Shown here: positions 20,278-40,282 of the stretch, one piece after another
Layout: every line of letters starts with the position of its first letter
Numbering within the stretch: position 1 is the stretch's first letter
Program-made: the position numbers and the translations under genes
From: the human T2T-CHM13v2.0 reference genome, Homo sapiens
Assembly (NCBI RefSeq): GCF_009914755.1
Contig: NC_060941.1
Strand: one strand, 5' to 3'
Length of the DNA: 64,000 bases
Notes under the pieces: generated by a model
The model's input: only the letters and a program-made list of their open reading frames with translations
Database searches by the model: none
What the model was told of the DNA's origin: nothing

Positions 20278-20309
20278 TAGTCCAACTGGCTATAAAGCGA
20301 AGGGTTCCC

Positions 20310-20781
<472 letters not shown>

Positions 20782-21515
20782 TCAAGCTATTTTTGAAAGA
20801 ATAAATCCATGGTGGCACTGAAGACACGAAGAAGCGTTATCAATGAAGACATCATTTTGGAGATTCTCTTCAAGAATAGAGTTGGGACTGTATTGACCAA
20901 TAAACCAAAACTGGGGGTGGGGAATGGGTGAAATACAGCTGGAAATACATCAGGCTGCAGATAAGAAGCTCTTTCTTTTTGACAGAACCCTGGAGAGGCT
21001 CCAAGCTTAGAGTCAATGGCTATTGGCAGCCACAGAATGGCCTACAAAGAAGTGGTTATAAGGCAGGAATCAGGGCATCTGAGTGGAGAGCTGTCTACAG
21101 AACAGCTGAGCCAGTCTGCCCACAGCCCTGCCCTGTGTAGACTGCAGTCTGCAGTACTTGCCCCCAGCTGGAACCCCCGGAACAGCCTTCTCTGGAGAGG
21201 AAAGTTTGCCTGGGAGTGCGCATGGTGTTGGTGTCCAGGCTAGAGAATGAGTCAAAGAAGAGCCTCTAGGATAGACACAGGGGTAAAAAGAAATAAAACA
21301 TATAAAAGATGTCACCCCAAGATTGGAGTTCTCCTTATGTTATTAGTTTTGTTATAGCAAATGGTCCTGAATCGGCTTGTGCCCTCTTTTACCTAACCAT
21401 ATATCCTAGAAAGAAACCTGCCGACTGGCGTATCTTGCCCATTTACACAGAGTACACATCACAGCCTGTCTTCCCACTCAAGAAAGAAGCCTTTCGGGTA
21501 AATAAACTTGCCTAA

Positions 21516-21875
<360 letters not shown>

Positions 21876-21936
21876 TCATTCATAAATATGAAGAATCAAT
21901 GAAGAATTAGCAGACGTGAGGAAAAGCCCATAGCAT

Positions 21937-22957
<1,021 letters not shown>

Positions 22958-23755
22958 GCATAAAAGAGAAAGACTAAGATGAATAAACCAAAACTTACCT
23001 AGAGAAGAAACAGAAATAACAAAAGGAGCAAAAACACTCACCATTTTTTAAAGTTCTAACTAGTGCCATTCAAAGGATTAAAAAGTTTACAACCTTATAT
23101 ACACACTTGTGTGGAAAAAAAAAGCAATCATGAACATTAAAACCTCTTGGTGTTTAAAACTATCATTCTCAAAATTTTAAAAATCAGTGAGAAGAGCTGA
23201 GTAATAAAATGGATACAGCAATTGTAACAGCAGTCAGTAAAACATGTTGGTAAATGTAAATAAAATACTGACTACAGAAATAAAAGGGGGCTTCGGTTGA
23301 AAACAAAACAGAAGATGAAGAGTTTAAAGGGAAGTTTAAGAATTCTAAACTTGATTTATTCCAAGATATTTATTTGCTTTAGACTTTGTTAGAAAAATGT
23401 AAACTTAGGTATGCATGTTAAATATGTGGGGGTGGCTGTGGCCCAAGGTGGGTGGCCTGAGTATCCCATTCTTGGGTGGGGAAGGGGGAAATTTTCCCAT
23501 AAAGCTGTCATTTCCCAGCTTCTAGCTTTATTTGGAAAGCCCACTTTCAGCTGCCTGCAATGCGTAGGCCCTATAACCTCAACTCCCATATCCACACGGG
23601 TGTGGAAATGCAGGTCCCTAAGCTACATATGTGGTTTGGTTATCTCTGAGGGCCATGAGGCTTCACTCACTCACTGGTGTAGGTAACTTTCTTCATTTCT
23701 GGCACCTGGAGAACTCCCTTTGTTGCTTTCAAGCTCAGCTAAGAATATGAGAACA

Positions 23756-24054
<299 letters not shown>

Positions 24055-24299
24055 CTGAAATGCTATTTGAAGGCCGACTTACGGTCTTTTGTATACATGC
24101 AAAGGAGAAACGGTATACATTAGCATGGAGCCCTAGTCCTGTCCCAAATTACTATTAGCATAAATGTTTCCTGACTGAGACTATTGATTGTGACTAAAAA
24201 AACAAAGTCCTTCCTAGAAAAATATAAATACCTTATAGTTTTCAGGGCCTGTGAGGTTTTCACACTGTGAAGCCCTCTGCGTCCTGTCTCATGACCCCT

Positions 24300-24745
24300 C
24301 CACAACTTCATCTGGGTACATGATTCTTGTCACTTGCTGTTTTCCAGCCACATTATACATTTATGCAGAAATATAAAGCCTTTTGATTTCTCCAGCTTGC
24401 AAAGTTCTCTGTAGCCTCTGAGATCTCACAGGAGATATCCCCGTTTTCCCTGCGACTCTTCACTGGCCACCTCCTCATCAGCTCCCTTCGGCCCATTCCT
24501 GAAGCTGCAGCAGCTGCCTCCTCACCATCCCTTCCACAGCCTCCTGTCCTTTTCCTTGACAGTACTTATTAAAATCTGATAAAATACCTTATTTTGAGAT
24601 GTATTTGTTGAATGTCTCCCTCCCGACACTAGAGTGTAGGAATGATAAAGGAAGGGACTTTTAGTTGTTATTGCTGTTTTTCACTATCTAGGGGACCAGT
24701 CACACATGCAGCTGGTACTTGGTAAACACCTGTTGAATGGATAAA
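24300..24745 (+). mobile_element. L2 3' fragment
   Basis: ctccc...actagagtgtagg...agggact...tgttgaatggataaa. Confidence 0.65.
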
Positions 24746-24800
24746 CACCCCCTTGCCAATATGGCTATTTCTTCTCCCCAAAAGTGGCTAAACTCTCTCA

Positions 24801-25188
<388 letters not shown>

Positions 25189-25423
25189 TTAAGTATATAT
25201 TCATGTATTTTAAATTTAAGTATAGATGTATTTTATAAATTATATATAATATATATAAATTATATGCATGGGAGAATTTTATGTCTCCCTGATTTTCAGT
25301 AAATTATATAGACAAAATTACAGAATCCATAAGTAGCAAATTAAGTAATTTTACATTGAAACCACTGACTCTACTTTATAGCATAGGGTGATGGTCACAC
25401 CGACACCACAAGCCCTAACCCCC

Positions 25424-25480
25424 GCCTCCTGCCAGCTCTCCTGGCCCCCTCCTGCCAGCTCTCCTGGCCCCCTCCTGCCC
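25424..25480. repeat. Approximately 22-bp tandem repeat (about 2.5 copies) in an L2 fragment
   Basis: cctcctgccagctctcctggccc repeated. Confidence 0.85.
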
Positions 25481-26480
25481 ATGCTCTCTAGACCCTGGGT
25501 ACACTGACTGACTGGCCTTCTCTCAAGGTTCTCAACCATGTTACGCTCCTTTGCGTAAAGGCCCTTTGCCTATGCCCTTCCCTCTGTTTGCAAGGGTCTT
25601 CCCTTTGCTTTTCATACAGGTAACTGCTGTTTATCCTTTTCAATCTGTTCAAATATCATTTTCCCAGGAAAGGCTTTTCTAACCCTCAAACCATGCCAGT
25701 TCTTCTGTTTCACATTCGAATAGGTCCCTGTGTTATCACCGTCTCTAACTGTGTATCTGTGCAGTATCTGTCCAGCAGCTGCCTCCCTGATGAGAACAAA
25801 TACTCCAGGAGGGGAAGGAGCCGTGACAACAGACATGACATGTATATGTGGATTCTGGCACAGTGCTTAGCACATAATAGGAGTTCAACATTTGTTTAAC
25901 GAATAAACAATTTGGAGAATGTACTGAGGAAGGAAATATATTATTTTGGATTTAGGAAAAATACCTTACTATGTTTAATAACACTTTTTCTTATTAGGAA
26001 AAGAAAAAGTTTATTTAATCTAGATTAAAGGATAGCTACGGAGCTAGTCAGTAAAATGTTCAAACAGATGTGTACAAATGTGGACAGCAGAAAGGTGAGT
26101 TGCTGCCACTGCTGCTGATTTTGCACATCAACTTCCGGGAAGATCTTAGAAAGTACAGGTGACTCTCTAGGTCACAGATCACTAAATGGAAGTCCTTCCA
26201 AAAGATGGAAAGATGGCATGGGGTAGGGGAGAAGGATGACCTCATAAACTCATTCTGGTCCAAAATTCTCTGAGACGAAGCAACTTGCAAGTTTATTTAT
26301 GAATGAAATGCAGACTTGAGAAGCCACTCCATGAATCCTAGCAGCCAGCCAAAGTCCGCTGAATGAAATCTCAATAAAGAAAACCTGAATTCAGACCAAC
26401 ACAGCCACGTAGAGAAAACCCTTTCCTCATCTGACATCAATGTGTGTCTATACTCCACATTTGGAGGGGGCAGGTGTTAG

Positions 26481-26801
<321 letters not shown>

Positions 26802-27269
26802 TCCTATGCCAATTTCTAAAAGACTGCTTGACCCATAAAGTGCCTCATGCCACCAGGAAGTGCACCCAAAGTCCTCAGCATAGCTCTTCCGGGTTACAGC
26901 TCTGGGCTGTGGATGAGCGTGTCTTCCTGCTCACGTTCCACCTGCCAAACAGTAACAGGAACTCCTTCCACTTCAAATCATTCCATATTTCCTTTAAAGG
27001 ACAGCGGTTTCTAACTGTCTTGCTTCCTTCAAAAGGCAAACGTACTTAAATTCTAGGGGTGTAGCATCAGACAACATCACTCCTGCCATAGCCACTACGT
27101 TACACAGCTCTGAGCTCACAGGCTGGAGGGCATTGTTTCAATAGATCTTCCAACCCCTCCCCTGGTCTAACATGTGCTCTTATCACCAGGAGGGTCAAGT
27201 GGGAATAGGTCACATATTAAACCACATGGCATCATACTAGGATGGAACCAAAAATGAAGTATGCTATAG

Positions 27270-27604
27270 CAGGGGTCCCCCACCCCAAGCCGCAGACCAA
27301 CACCAGTCCATGGCCTGTTAGGAACCGAGCCACACAGCAGGACGTGAGCAGCAGGCAAGTGAGCATTACTGCCTGAGCTCCACCTCCCATCAGATCAGCA
27401 GTGGCATTAGATTCTCATAGGAGGATAAACCCCATCGTGAACTGTGCATGCGAGGGATCTAGGTTGCACACTCCTTACGACAATCTGATGCCTGGTGATC
27501 TGAGGTTTAACAGTTTCGTCCTGAAACTACCCCCCATCCTGGTCCATGGAAAAACTGTCTTCCACAAAACTGGTCCCTGGTGCCAAAAAGGTTGGGGACC
27601 GCTG
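27270..27604. mobile_element. MER1B (hAT-Charlie)
   Basis: TIRs caggggtcccca / ttggggaccgctg, 335 bp long, with a degenerate 8-bp TSD tgctatag/ttctatgg. Confidence 0.9.
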
Positions 27605-27644
27605 TTCTATGGCAACCTAGACTTTAACAAAAAGAATCTTCTAA

Positions 27645-27812
27645 GCCAGGCGTGGTGGGACATGCCCATAGTCCCAGCTAGTTGGGAGGCTCAGGCAGGA
27701 GGATGGCTTCATCCCAGGAGCTCCAGGCCACAGTGTACCATGATCGAGCCTGTGAATAGACACTGCATTCCAGCCTGAGCAACACAGCAAGACCCTGTCC
27801 CTATTTTTTTTT
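27645..27812 (+). mobile_element. FAM (fossil Alu monomer)
   Basis: Monomer carrying the FAM-diagnostic cctgtgaatagacactgc. Confidence 0.8.
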
Positions 27813-28265
27813 AATCGTCTTACAGCAATGTTTCTCAAACTTCAGCATTTCAAATACCACCTACAGAATTTTTTTTTTGCCTCGTTCATATTTCATCTGT
27901 ACTATTTTTCTGGCTTATACAAGTTAAATGAATAAAGAAATTTTATATTGCCGAGAAATCAGTTTTCAGATGCTAGCCATTTTTATTTCTATCACACAAT
28001 GAAATATACAACTATTAAAATACAAGATCTTTCTCTGTATATTATCTAAAATAAATTTGCCTAGCATACTTTGGGGAATTCTGATATCAGATAATACATG
28101 AAGAAATTCCTTCACCAAACTTTCCTCACATTTCACCAGTACATGATTAATTCCATTATCAAAGTGCTAAATAAACAGTTTGAGAGGCATTTGAGAGGCT
28201 TCTGATAGTGACTTGTGCACCAGCAACGAAAACTTCTTTCTGTAAAGTCTGCTTTTAAGAAATCT

Positions 28266-28560
28266 CTCACGCCTGTAATCCCAGCACTTTGGGAGGCCAC
28301 AGCAGGCAGATCACCTGAGACCCGGAGTTCGAGACCAGCCTGACCAACATGGAGAAACCCCGTCTCTACTAAAAATACAAAAATTAGCTGGGTGTGGTGG
28401 CATGCACCTGTAATTGCAGTTACTTGGGAGGCTGAGGCAGAAGAATGGGTTGAACCCGGGAGGCGGAGGTTATGGTGAGCCGAGATCGCGCCACTGCACT
28501 ACAGCCTGGGTAACAAGAGCGAAACTGCGTCTCAAAAAACAAAACAAAACAAAAAAGAAA
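28266..28560 (+). mobile_element. AluSp-like, 5'-truncated
   Basis: Begins at ctcacgcc; TSD aagaaatctct. Confidence 0.88.
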
Positions 28561-28671
28561 TCTCTTCAAGAGTTCAGAGGAGCTGTAGACACAAATGACT
28601 ATAAACATTTCTTAGCAAAAGGGTGGCTAACCTCAATTCAATGACAATTCACAAAAAGACACCATGATTAC

Positions 28672-29161
28672 TTCTATTAGATTCCTGTTGCTACTCTAAC
28701 AAATTATCACACACTGAGTAGCCTGGAACAATAGGCATTTACTCCCTTTAGTTCTAGAGATCAGAAGTCTGAAACCAGTTTCACTGGACTGAAATTGAGG
28801 CGACCCCCGCAGAAGCTCTCAGGAAGAATCCATTTCCTGGCTTTATTCCAGCTTTTAGAGCTTCATTCCTTGTACCCTTGGCTCATGGCTCCGTTCTCCA
28901 CGTTCAGAGTCAGCAGCGTAGCATCCTGCTTCAGTCACTGCACTGCTTCAATCTTCCGTTTCAAACTCCCTCTGCCTCCCCTTTGTAAGGACGTTTGGGA
29001 TCGCACTTAGGGTTCACTGGGATAATCCAGGATAATCTACCCACCGTGGCAATCTGGACTTTGCACATCTGCAAAGTCCCTTTTGCCATTTAAGGTAACA
29101 TTCATAGATTCCAGGGATCGGGACTAGGATATCTTTGGGGGTCATTATTCAGCCTACCACG
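28672..29161 (-). mobile_element. MLT1C/D solo LTR
   Basis: tattagattcctgttgct...catctgcaaagtcccttttgccat...attcagcctaccac. Confidence 0.85.
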
Positions 29162-29754
29162 CTGTTCTTCTAAACTTTTAACATGAAAATTCAGCTGAGC
29201 AGTTCTAAGAGCCCCTTACCATGGTAAATCACTGATGTGTATGTGAAATCTTTATCTGATCCTTTTTTGGAGGCGCAGAGTCGTATTTTATCCTTTAAGG
29301 AGCACAGTCATATTTTCTAGCACGTTCAAAGGACACGCTGGTCTCCTCAATTCCAGGACTGACTCTACGAATACAATTGGTTTTCCTTATCACTCTGGTT
29401 CCCGGTGTGTCACACAAAGCAGAGAGGAGATGCACGCCTGGTCCCTTGTGCCTACACTGTCAGATCTCAATAATCCAGCATCTTGGGCACAGGCAGGGTG
29501 GGAATGGGAAGTACTTTTAGGCAAAAATAAGAGCCTGGCCCCCTTTGGTAAGATATCTCCGTATGTCTGCCAGCTCCTACAGTGGGGCTGAATTGCTATT
29601 TCATGAGCAATAGTGTCATCTTCATCAATGCCAAACAAACAAAATGCTCTCATTCAATTTAGCAACCATGTAGTAAACATTTTCTACATGTTCACTTCAG
29701 GTAGCTGTAGTGATCTTGATTTCTGGAAAAACATGTAAAATAACAGTTTCTGAA

Positions 29755-31000
<1,246 letters not shown>

Positions 31001-31181
31001 AAAGCATAGGGCCTGGCTTCTATGACATATATACACATACCTATTCTGCTTCATAAATAAAATGGAAATAACCCTCAAAGGGTAAAAAAATGTATGCCTG
31101 CTGTTGTTCAAATCAGAAAGAAAAACAATAAGTAAACTAGACAGTATCACAGAGGAAAAACTAGGAAACTTAGAGGATTGA

Positions 31182-31526
<345 letters not shown>

Positions 31527-32192
31527 TAAATCTGACCAGTAGGAGTTGCAGCAAGAGAAAATACAGAAAAACAGAGGGAAGGAAATGACAAAAGAATGTC
31601 CCAGAATGGAATCTCTAGATTGTAAGGGATGCCAAGCATCCAAAACAGTGAATGAAAATGTACCTACTTTAAGGCATGCTCATAAATAAAAGATCCTAAC
31701 ATGTTCCAGAGAGAAGGAAATAACTCACCTATAAAAAATCAAGAATCGTGATAATGAACGGCCTAAAAGTAACAACACTCCAGTGGCAATGGGTACAGTA
31801 CAGTATGCACCAAGATCTTAGCTTCCAAACAGCATTTCCCAATAAAAGGAACCAGGGATCCTTGAGGAAACAGCAGATTCCAGGGATAGGATAGAGAAAA
31901 AGGAGAGCCTGGGACATTTTATGCTTCCAGAAAGCAAGGAATTGCTCATAGATTGTCAGGGAAACATCCAAAAGGATTGGTCAATTTGGGATATTTGAGC
32001 ATCAAAAGAATGGCAAAGACCTGCACACACCAGCAGAGATTTGTTCTTGGTGTGATGTCATCCATCAAATCGTGCCTCTATGATTCTTTGTGATGCTGAT
32101 CTTTGTGATGTGATTCTTTGTGGTGGCTCATGCCAAAAGGTCTCAGAACATCAATTCTGTTCATTTTCTTGTTTTGGTGTTCTTTTTAAAAA

Positions 32193-32478
32193 GCTCTGCT
32201 GCGGGTGGTGGCTCAAGCCTGTAGTCCCAATACTTTGGGAGGCTGAGGTGGGAGGATTGCTTGAGCTCAGGAATTCAAGACCACTCTGGGCAACACAGGG
32301 CGACCGGACCCCCATCTCTACAAAAAATAAGTTAAAATTAGCCAGGTGCTATGGTGCCGGCCTGTAGTCCCAGATACTCAGGAGGCTGAGGTGGGAGGAT
32401 CACTTGAGCCTGGGAGATGGAGGATGCAGTGAGACGTGACTGTGCCACTACACTCCAGCTTGGGCAACAGAGTGAGAC
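32193..32478 (+). mobile_element. AluJ (tail lost)
   Basis: ggaggattgcttgag/ggaggatcacttgagcc in the two arms. Confidence 0.85.
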
Positions 32479-33665
32479 CAGAACCACAACTCTGGGTTCT
32501 GGAGAAGTGCTGGTGGTCTGTCATGAGCCCTTTGTGCCCTCCCACCCATAGAGGCCACCTGGAACTAAAGAGCACTAGAATTTGTGGCTGCATGAGGGGA
32601 CGTCATCCACTCAGTGTTCCACTTGCCAACGCCCCTAGTCAGTGGCCATTAGGGTCTGTCATCACTGGGATTTTCACTTAACTGCTGATCCATTTCCTCG
32701 CTTGGCTTGGTCACTGGCATAGGAACAGGGTAATTACTGGGGTTGGTCAGGCCCTTTTTAATTCTCTATGAGGAAATTAGAAACTGAATTCCAAAACTGA
32801 AGATAATTCGACCTTTCAGCTTTGTGGTTATACTCTAAGTACAACGTATTTTGTTAGTAAGATTTTGATACTTGATTCCAAAATGACCTAGCCTATTGTT
32901 TTCCTCATTTAATGAAAACCAAAATTCAGCAGGCCGGTAAATCACATGCAGATACTTGCAGCCAATGTGCTGCCCTTTTCCAGCGCCCCTGACTCCCTAT
33001 CACTCAGATCACAATAAAAATCCAGATGGGGCTGCAGCCCCATTCTTAACACCTACAGCTATCATGGCCTTTTTTCGCTTTAACAAAAGGAATAAAAGCT
33101 GATGATGGTCTTGGCAGGGATATACTTTTTTATCCTCAGAGAGTCTCTTTTCCTGTGACTGAAAATGGCTGACTCTGCCCTATCTCCGAGGAGCAAATGT
33201 TCACATTAGAAAACCACCAGCATAGCTGCCTTCTCTCCGGGAGGCCACCACAGAGAAAACCAAGTTTGCACTGGCAACGAATGGAAAAATACCTCCTATT
33301 TGTATATGTACACATGTAGCCACCCGGGTATGAGATGGAGATGAGGACAGGGGAGGTGTGGGGGAAGCAGCAAAAGGGATAGGGGCAAAATGTGCGAGTC
33401 GAAGGACCTCTGACTGTGACTGTGATGCTGTGTATATACACGTCGCCACGTGGATGCGCTTCTGTGCATGTGGGGGATTTAGACCTGTCATGTGAGCATA
33501 TAAGAACCAATACAAAGTACAGCGCTAAATACATTGTCTGCATATTCAACAAGGGCACTGCTTCTCAAATCTGGCAGCACCTTGAAATCATCAGGGGTGG
33601 CTTCAAAAACTACTGATGCTTGGGCCCCACCCCTGGAGGTTGTGATTCACTTGGTATAAAATTAC

Positions 33666-34875
<1,210 letters not shown>

Positions 34876-35326
34876 CTTCAACCTGAGGAAGCTAATTTTA
34901 AAAATCAAATTAAAAAAAATGAAAACAACAACAAAAAAGAAAACTAACACAGGTATGGCCTGGGCTCTTGGAGTTTTAAAAGCAGCCCAGGTGATTCTAA
35001 TATGCAGCAAAGTATGACAACCACTAAACCAGACGAAAGACAAGATAAAGATGTGCGGCTTGATTGCCTTATGCTGGACAAAGAAACGGTGCTTTCATAT
35101 GGGAACTTAGTAAATCATCCCACCAAATTATGCACGTAAAGCACCATCACTTGTTAGCCATCCACCCGCAGACACTGCAGCTTACCTGCACGTATATCAC
35201 AACACATGATCATCAGTTTGGTGGCTAGAGTCCTCTCTAGTCTCACCCATCGAATAGGCTAAATGTCCTTGGGATGAGGAACAATTGTACACCAGATAGG
35301 CAGATTTTCTATAAAGCTTACTTTCC

Positions 35327-35628
35327 TTTTTTTTTTTTTTTTTTTTTGAGATGGATTGTCACTCTATCGCCCAGGCTGGAGTGCAGTGGCACAATCTCGG
35401 CTCACTGCAACGTCTGCCTCCCAGGTTGAAGCGATTCTCCTGCCTCAGCCTCCCGCGTAGCTGGGATTACACGCATACAACACCATGCCTGGCTAATTTT
35501 TTGTATCTTTAGTAGAGACAGGGTTTCACCATGCTGGCCAGGCTGGTCTCAAACTCCTGACCTCGTGATCCACCCGCCTCAGCCTGCCAAAGTGCTGTGA
35601 TTACAGGAATGAGCCACCGTGCCCGGCC
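35327..35628 (-). mobile_element. AluS
   Basis: TSD tataaagcttactttc. Confidence 0.9.
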
Positions 35629-35936
35629 TATAAAGCTTACTTTCTTATCAATACTATCACTTAAGGAAGGAACTGACCAATAACTGAATTATATGCAAAT
35701 ACATAAATTAGCCTGTTCGTGTTGGTACCATCAGGGAAAGAACTAAGTTGTCCTCTCTGTGCTGAAACTATTAGAATTGTAAAGAGAGAAGGCTTCTCCA
35801 TTGGATTTAGTAATCTATTTATTTATGATAGATGATAAACAGATGGAATTGATTTATGACAGATAAATGGAACAGCACTGCAGGAACAAATTAACTCATT
35901 CTTCCCAAGGATGGAGAATAGAAGTGTCTGCTGTAG

Positions 35937-36305
<369 letters not shown>

Positions 36306-36419
36306 TGATAACTTTTCTTGAAAGCCATTCCATCGTGGTATTACTAAAAGCTGAAACCTTAGATAGAATACTTTACATTTTCTTTTTCTCTTCCTACTTT
36401 GTCTTCTTTAGAGAGGAAG

Positions 36420-37040
36420 CCAGTTTAGCAGCAAAAGCAGTCACGTTAGAATCAGAAGACCTGAGCTGGAGTTTAGCTCTGTCACTCATAAGCGATGTGG
36501 TCTCAGGGGGCCCTGCAGCCACTCTGAGTTTTGCCTCTCACACGAGGAGGGTGCCGCCTTCATGATGTTGTGTGGAGATGAAATGAAATGACATAGATGA
36601 AAGGGCTTAGCACATAGTGGGGGCTTTCCATAAATGCCAGCTTCACTGCCACTCAACGACTCCACGCTGTCACACGTCACCTCTACACTGCAGCTGCTCC
36701 CATCTCTTCTCTTTGGCTCCGCCCTCTCCCTGAGCTCTGGTACCCTGTCTCCCACTGTCAACTGGACATCTCCCGCCGGCATCTCTAATTAGACACATGC
36801 AAACTGGACTTACCATCTCACCCAAAAACCAGTGTCTGCTCTCAAGTTTCCCAACTTCATCCTTAACGTAAAATCACTGGCAATCCCGTGCCCCCGTATT
36901 TCTTCCCCCTTTCCGCCCCTACAACCCATCCAGGCCCTCCTCAAGCCAAGAGCCTTGCAGATGCCTACACGTCTTAAACACTCCCCAATCCACCCTGCTT
37001 GCAGTTTGCAAATTCATCTTTTTCCAACCAGACTTGTCAC
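36420..37040 (+). mobile_element. MIR (about 36420-36635) followed by an L2 fragment
   Basis: agaatcagaagacctgag...gcttagcacatagtg; actggacatctcc...ggcatctc. Confidence 0.65.
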
Positions 37041-37470
37041 ATCAAACCCTGAACAAAGATCTTCAAACCCTTTTTTGCCCTGAAGCCTGGTACATAGGAT
37101 CGAAGAAGAGCAAACTCCACCGGGTGTGGGGATGACAGGAGGCCCACACAGCCTCAGTGTACAAAGTGCTGAGCAATTTCATATCACTGCCACATAGAAG
37201 AAAAGCTCTTGGGATGAATGGATCATAAAACACAGTATTGTTAAAAGCAGCTACTGAGAACTGGAAAATTTTTCACCAAATTTCTTTGCATAGTATTTAA
37301 CAACTATCATCTAAATCTGCCACAACCCCCACTCCAATGCGTTAAACTGTAACAATCGTTGACATTAAACCACTTTACATGTTGTATAATCTTAAACTCA
37401 TTCAACAAATGCTCAAGCCTTTAGTATTTATGTCAACGGCAAATCTGGTCAATCCCAGACTTATTCTTAC

Positions 37471-37563
37471 CATTTTGTTCATCCAATTCATTCCCAATTT
37501 CCTGCCCCATTTGTTTTTGGCGACTTATGATAGAGGAAAGGGCATCAAGGCCTGCATCCTGTT
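37471..37563 (-). CDS. STX8: Syntaxin-8 internal coding exon, 93 nt (probably exon 6); N-terminal half of the Qc-SNARE motif
   Basis: Acceptor is tttcttttttctttcag|AACAG and donor is AAATG|gtaaga. Joins the upstream exon in frame (G|AA = Glu) to give EQDAGLDALSSIISRQKQMGQEIGNELDEQN(E). Not in the ORF track; found by reading the minus strand. Confidence 0.97.
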
Positions 37564-38307
37564 CTGAAAGAAAAAAGAAAAATAATTAACTAGAAACTAG
37601 AAGAAAACAACTTAAAGTCCATAAGTATACCCAGGCATATAACACAAGTTGACATATAAATCAGTCAGGAAAAAAAAGAGAAAAGAGTTAACATTATTGG
37701 AACAAAATTTAAAAACTAAACACCTACCTGACACCTTAAACTAAAACGATTTCCAAAAGAATTAAGATTTTAAATATGAAAAACAAAGTAAGATTTGGAA
37801 ACATGAACATTTAAACTTTCTGATACTTAATATATAAAGAGCATGTACAAATCAATAAGAAAAAGACTGAATATCCCAATTTTTTAAATCAGCAGAGGAT
37901 ACAGGCAAGAACTTCACAATAAAAAAGAAAATAAAGTTTTAACATCGCTACTAATTTTTTAAAAAATACAAATAAAAAACTACTTTTTTTGGCTTATCAG
38001 ATGTATAAGGATTAAAAAGAATGACAATACCTAAGGTTAATTAAATTGTGACGATCTAGAAGCTCCCAAGTACTATGTAATAGGTGAATAAGTTTTACTG
38101 ACGGCCGTATTTCTCAAGTGTAGACTGTGCCCACCTTTTTACCTGCCAATTCTAAGTCTAGGAATGTATGTAAGAAAATATTCAGATAGCATGTAATGAT
38201 GGATATACAAGGATATTCCCTGAAACATTTGTTTCTTGTGCCAGATATCAACTTAGTGCCTCTCAGCAACAAATTCCCTCTTTTTGGCTGCTCTATGAAG
38301 ATGAACC

Positions 38308-38930
<623 letters not shown>

Positions 38931-38954
38931 TTTTAAAAAAGAAAATGAACCAAG

Positions 38955-39483
38955 GCTGCTTGAATACTTTTTCCTTTGTCAGAGTTTTTGCTTCCTGGCT
39001 CCAGCCTGCAATCTTGGCAGGCTCCTTCAGCAACTGCAACTCCTTCAGTGCCTGGCCCCTTCAGTGCACAGTGGCCAGCAATACCCAGAACCAGCAACTT
39101 CTCCCAGCACACCCCCTCCTCGGGCAGGTTTATAACAAGAGCGCCTCCAGGGAGGTTCTTCCCCATGAAGAGTTTCCCCCAGCATCCCAGAGGGCAGATC
39201 TCCAGGAGGTTCTGACAGCAGGGCACCACGGGGGCTTCTGTGAAATTCAGGGACCCTCAGCTGAGCCTTCTCTTAGCCCTAGGGGCGTGGGCTCCTCCCT
39301 GGACATTCTGTCTCAGCCTGAGACTTGGTGATTGCACCTTATCCCTGCTAGTTCTGTTTTGAGAGTTCTTTTGACCTCTTGTTAGCTAATCCCTCGTTAC
39401 TCTAATCCCTGTTAAAATTAATAATTTACTTTCAACTTTCCCTGTCAAATTTCTCTCTCCTGATCAGACCCATAGTGATATAC
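38955..39483 (+). mobile_element. ERVL-class LTR (LTR40/41/52-like)
   Basis: 3' end ttctctctcctgatcagacccatagtgata is similar to the element at 4385, in opposite orientation. Confidence 0.55.
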
Positions 39484-39548
39484 TTATAATAGTGAAAAAT
39501 TAGAAAGTACCTAAATGCCCAAACACAGAGATGTTTATAAATTTATAG

Positions 39549-39954
<406 letters not shown>

Positions 39955-39987
39955 CCCATGATATGTTCTTAAGTAAAAAAGCAGGAA

Positions 39988-40282
39988 GCTGGGCGCAGTG
40001 GCTCACGCCTGTAATCCCAGCACTTTAGGGGGCTGAAGCGGGCAGATCACTTAAGCCCAGGAGTTTGAGACCAGACTGGGCAACACTGTCTGTCTCTACT
40101 AAAAATACAAACATTATCTGGGTGTGGTGGCGCATGCCTATAGTCCCAGCTACTCGGAGGTGGATGGATCACTTGAGCATGGGAGGCAGAGGTCACAGTG
40201 AGCCGAGATGGCGCCACTGCACTCCAGCCTGGGTAACAGAGTGAGAACCTGTCTCAAAAAAAAAAAAAAAAAAAAAAAAAAA
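39988..40282 (+). mobile_element. AluJ/S with small internal deletions
   Basis: Dimer with a long A tail. Confidence 0.85.
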
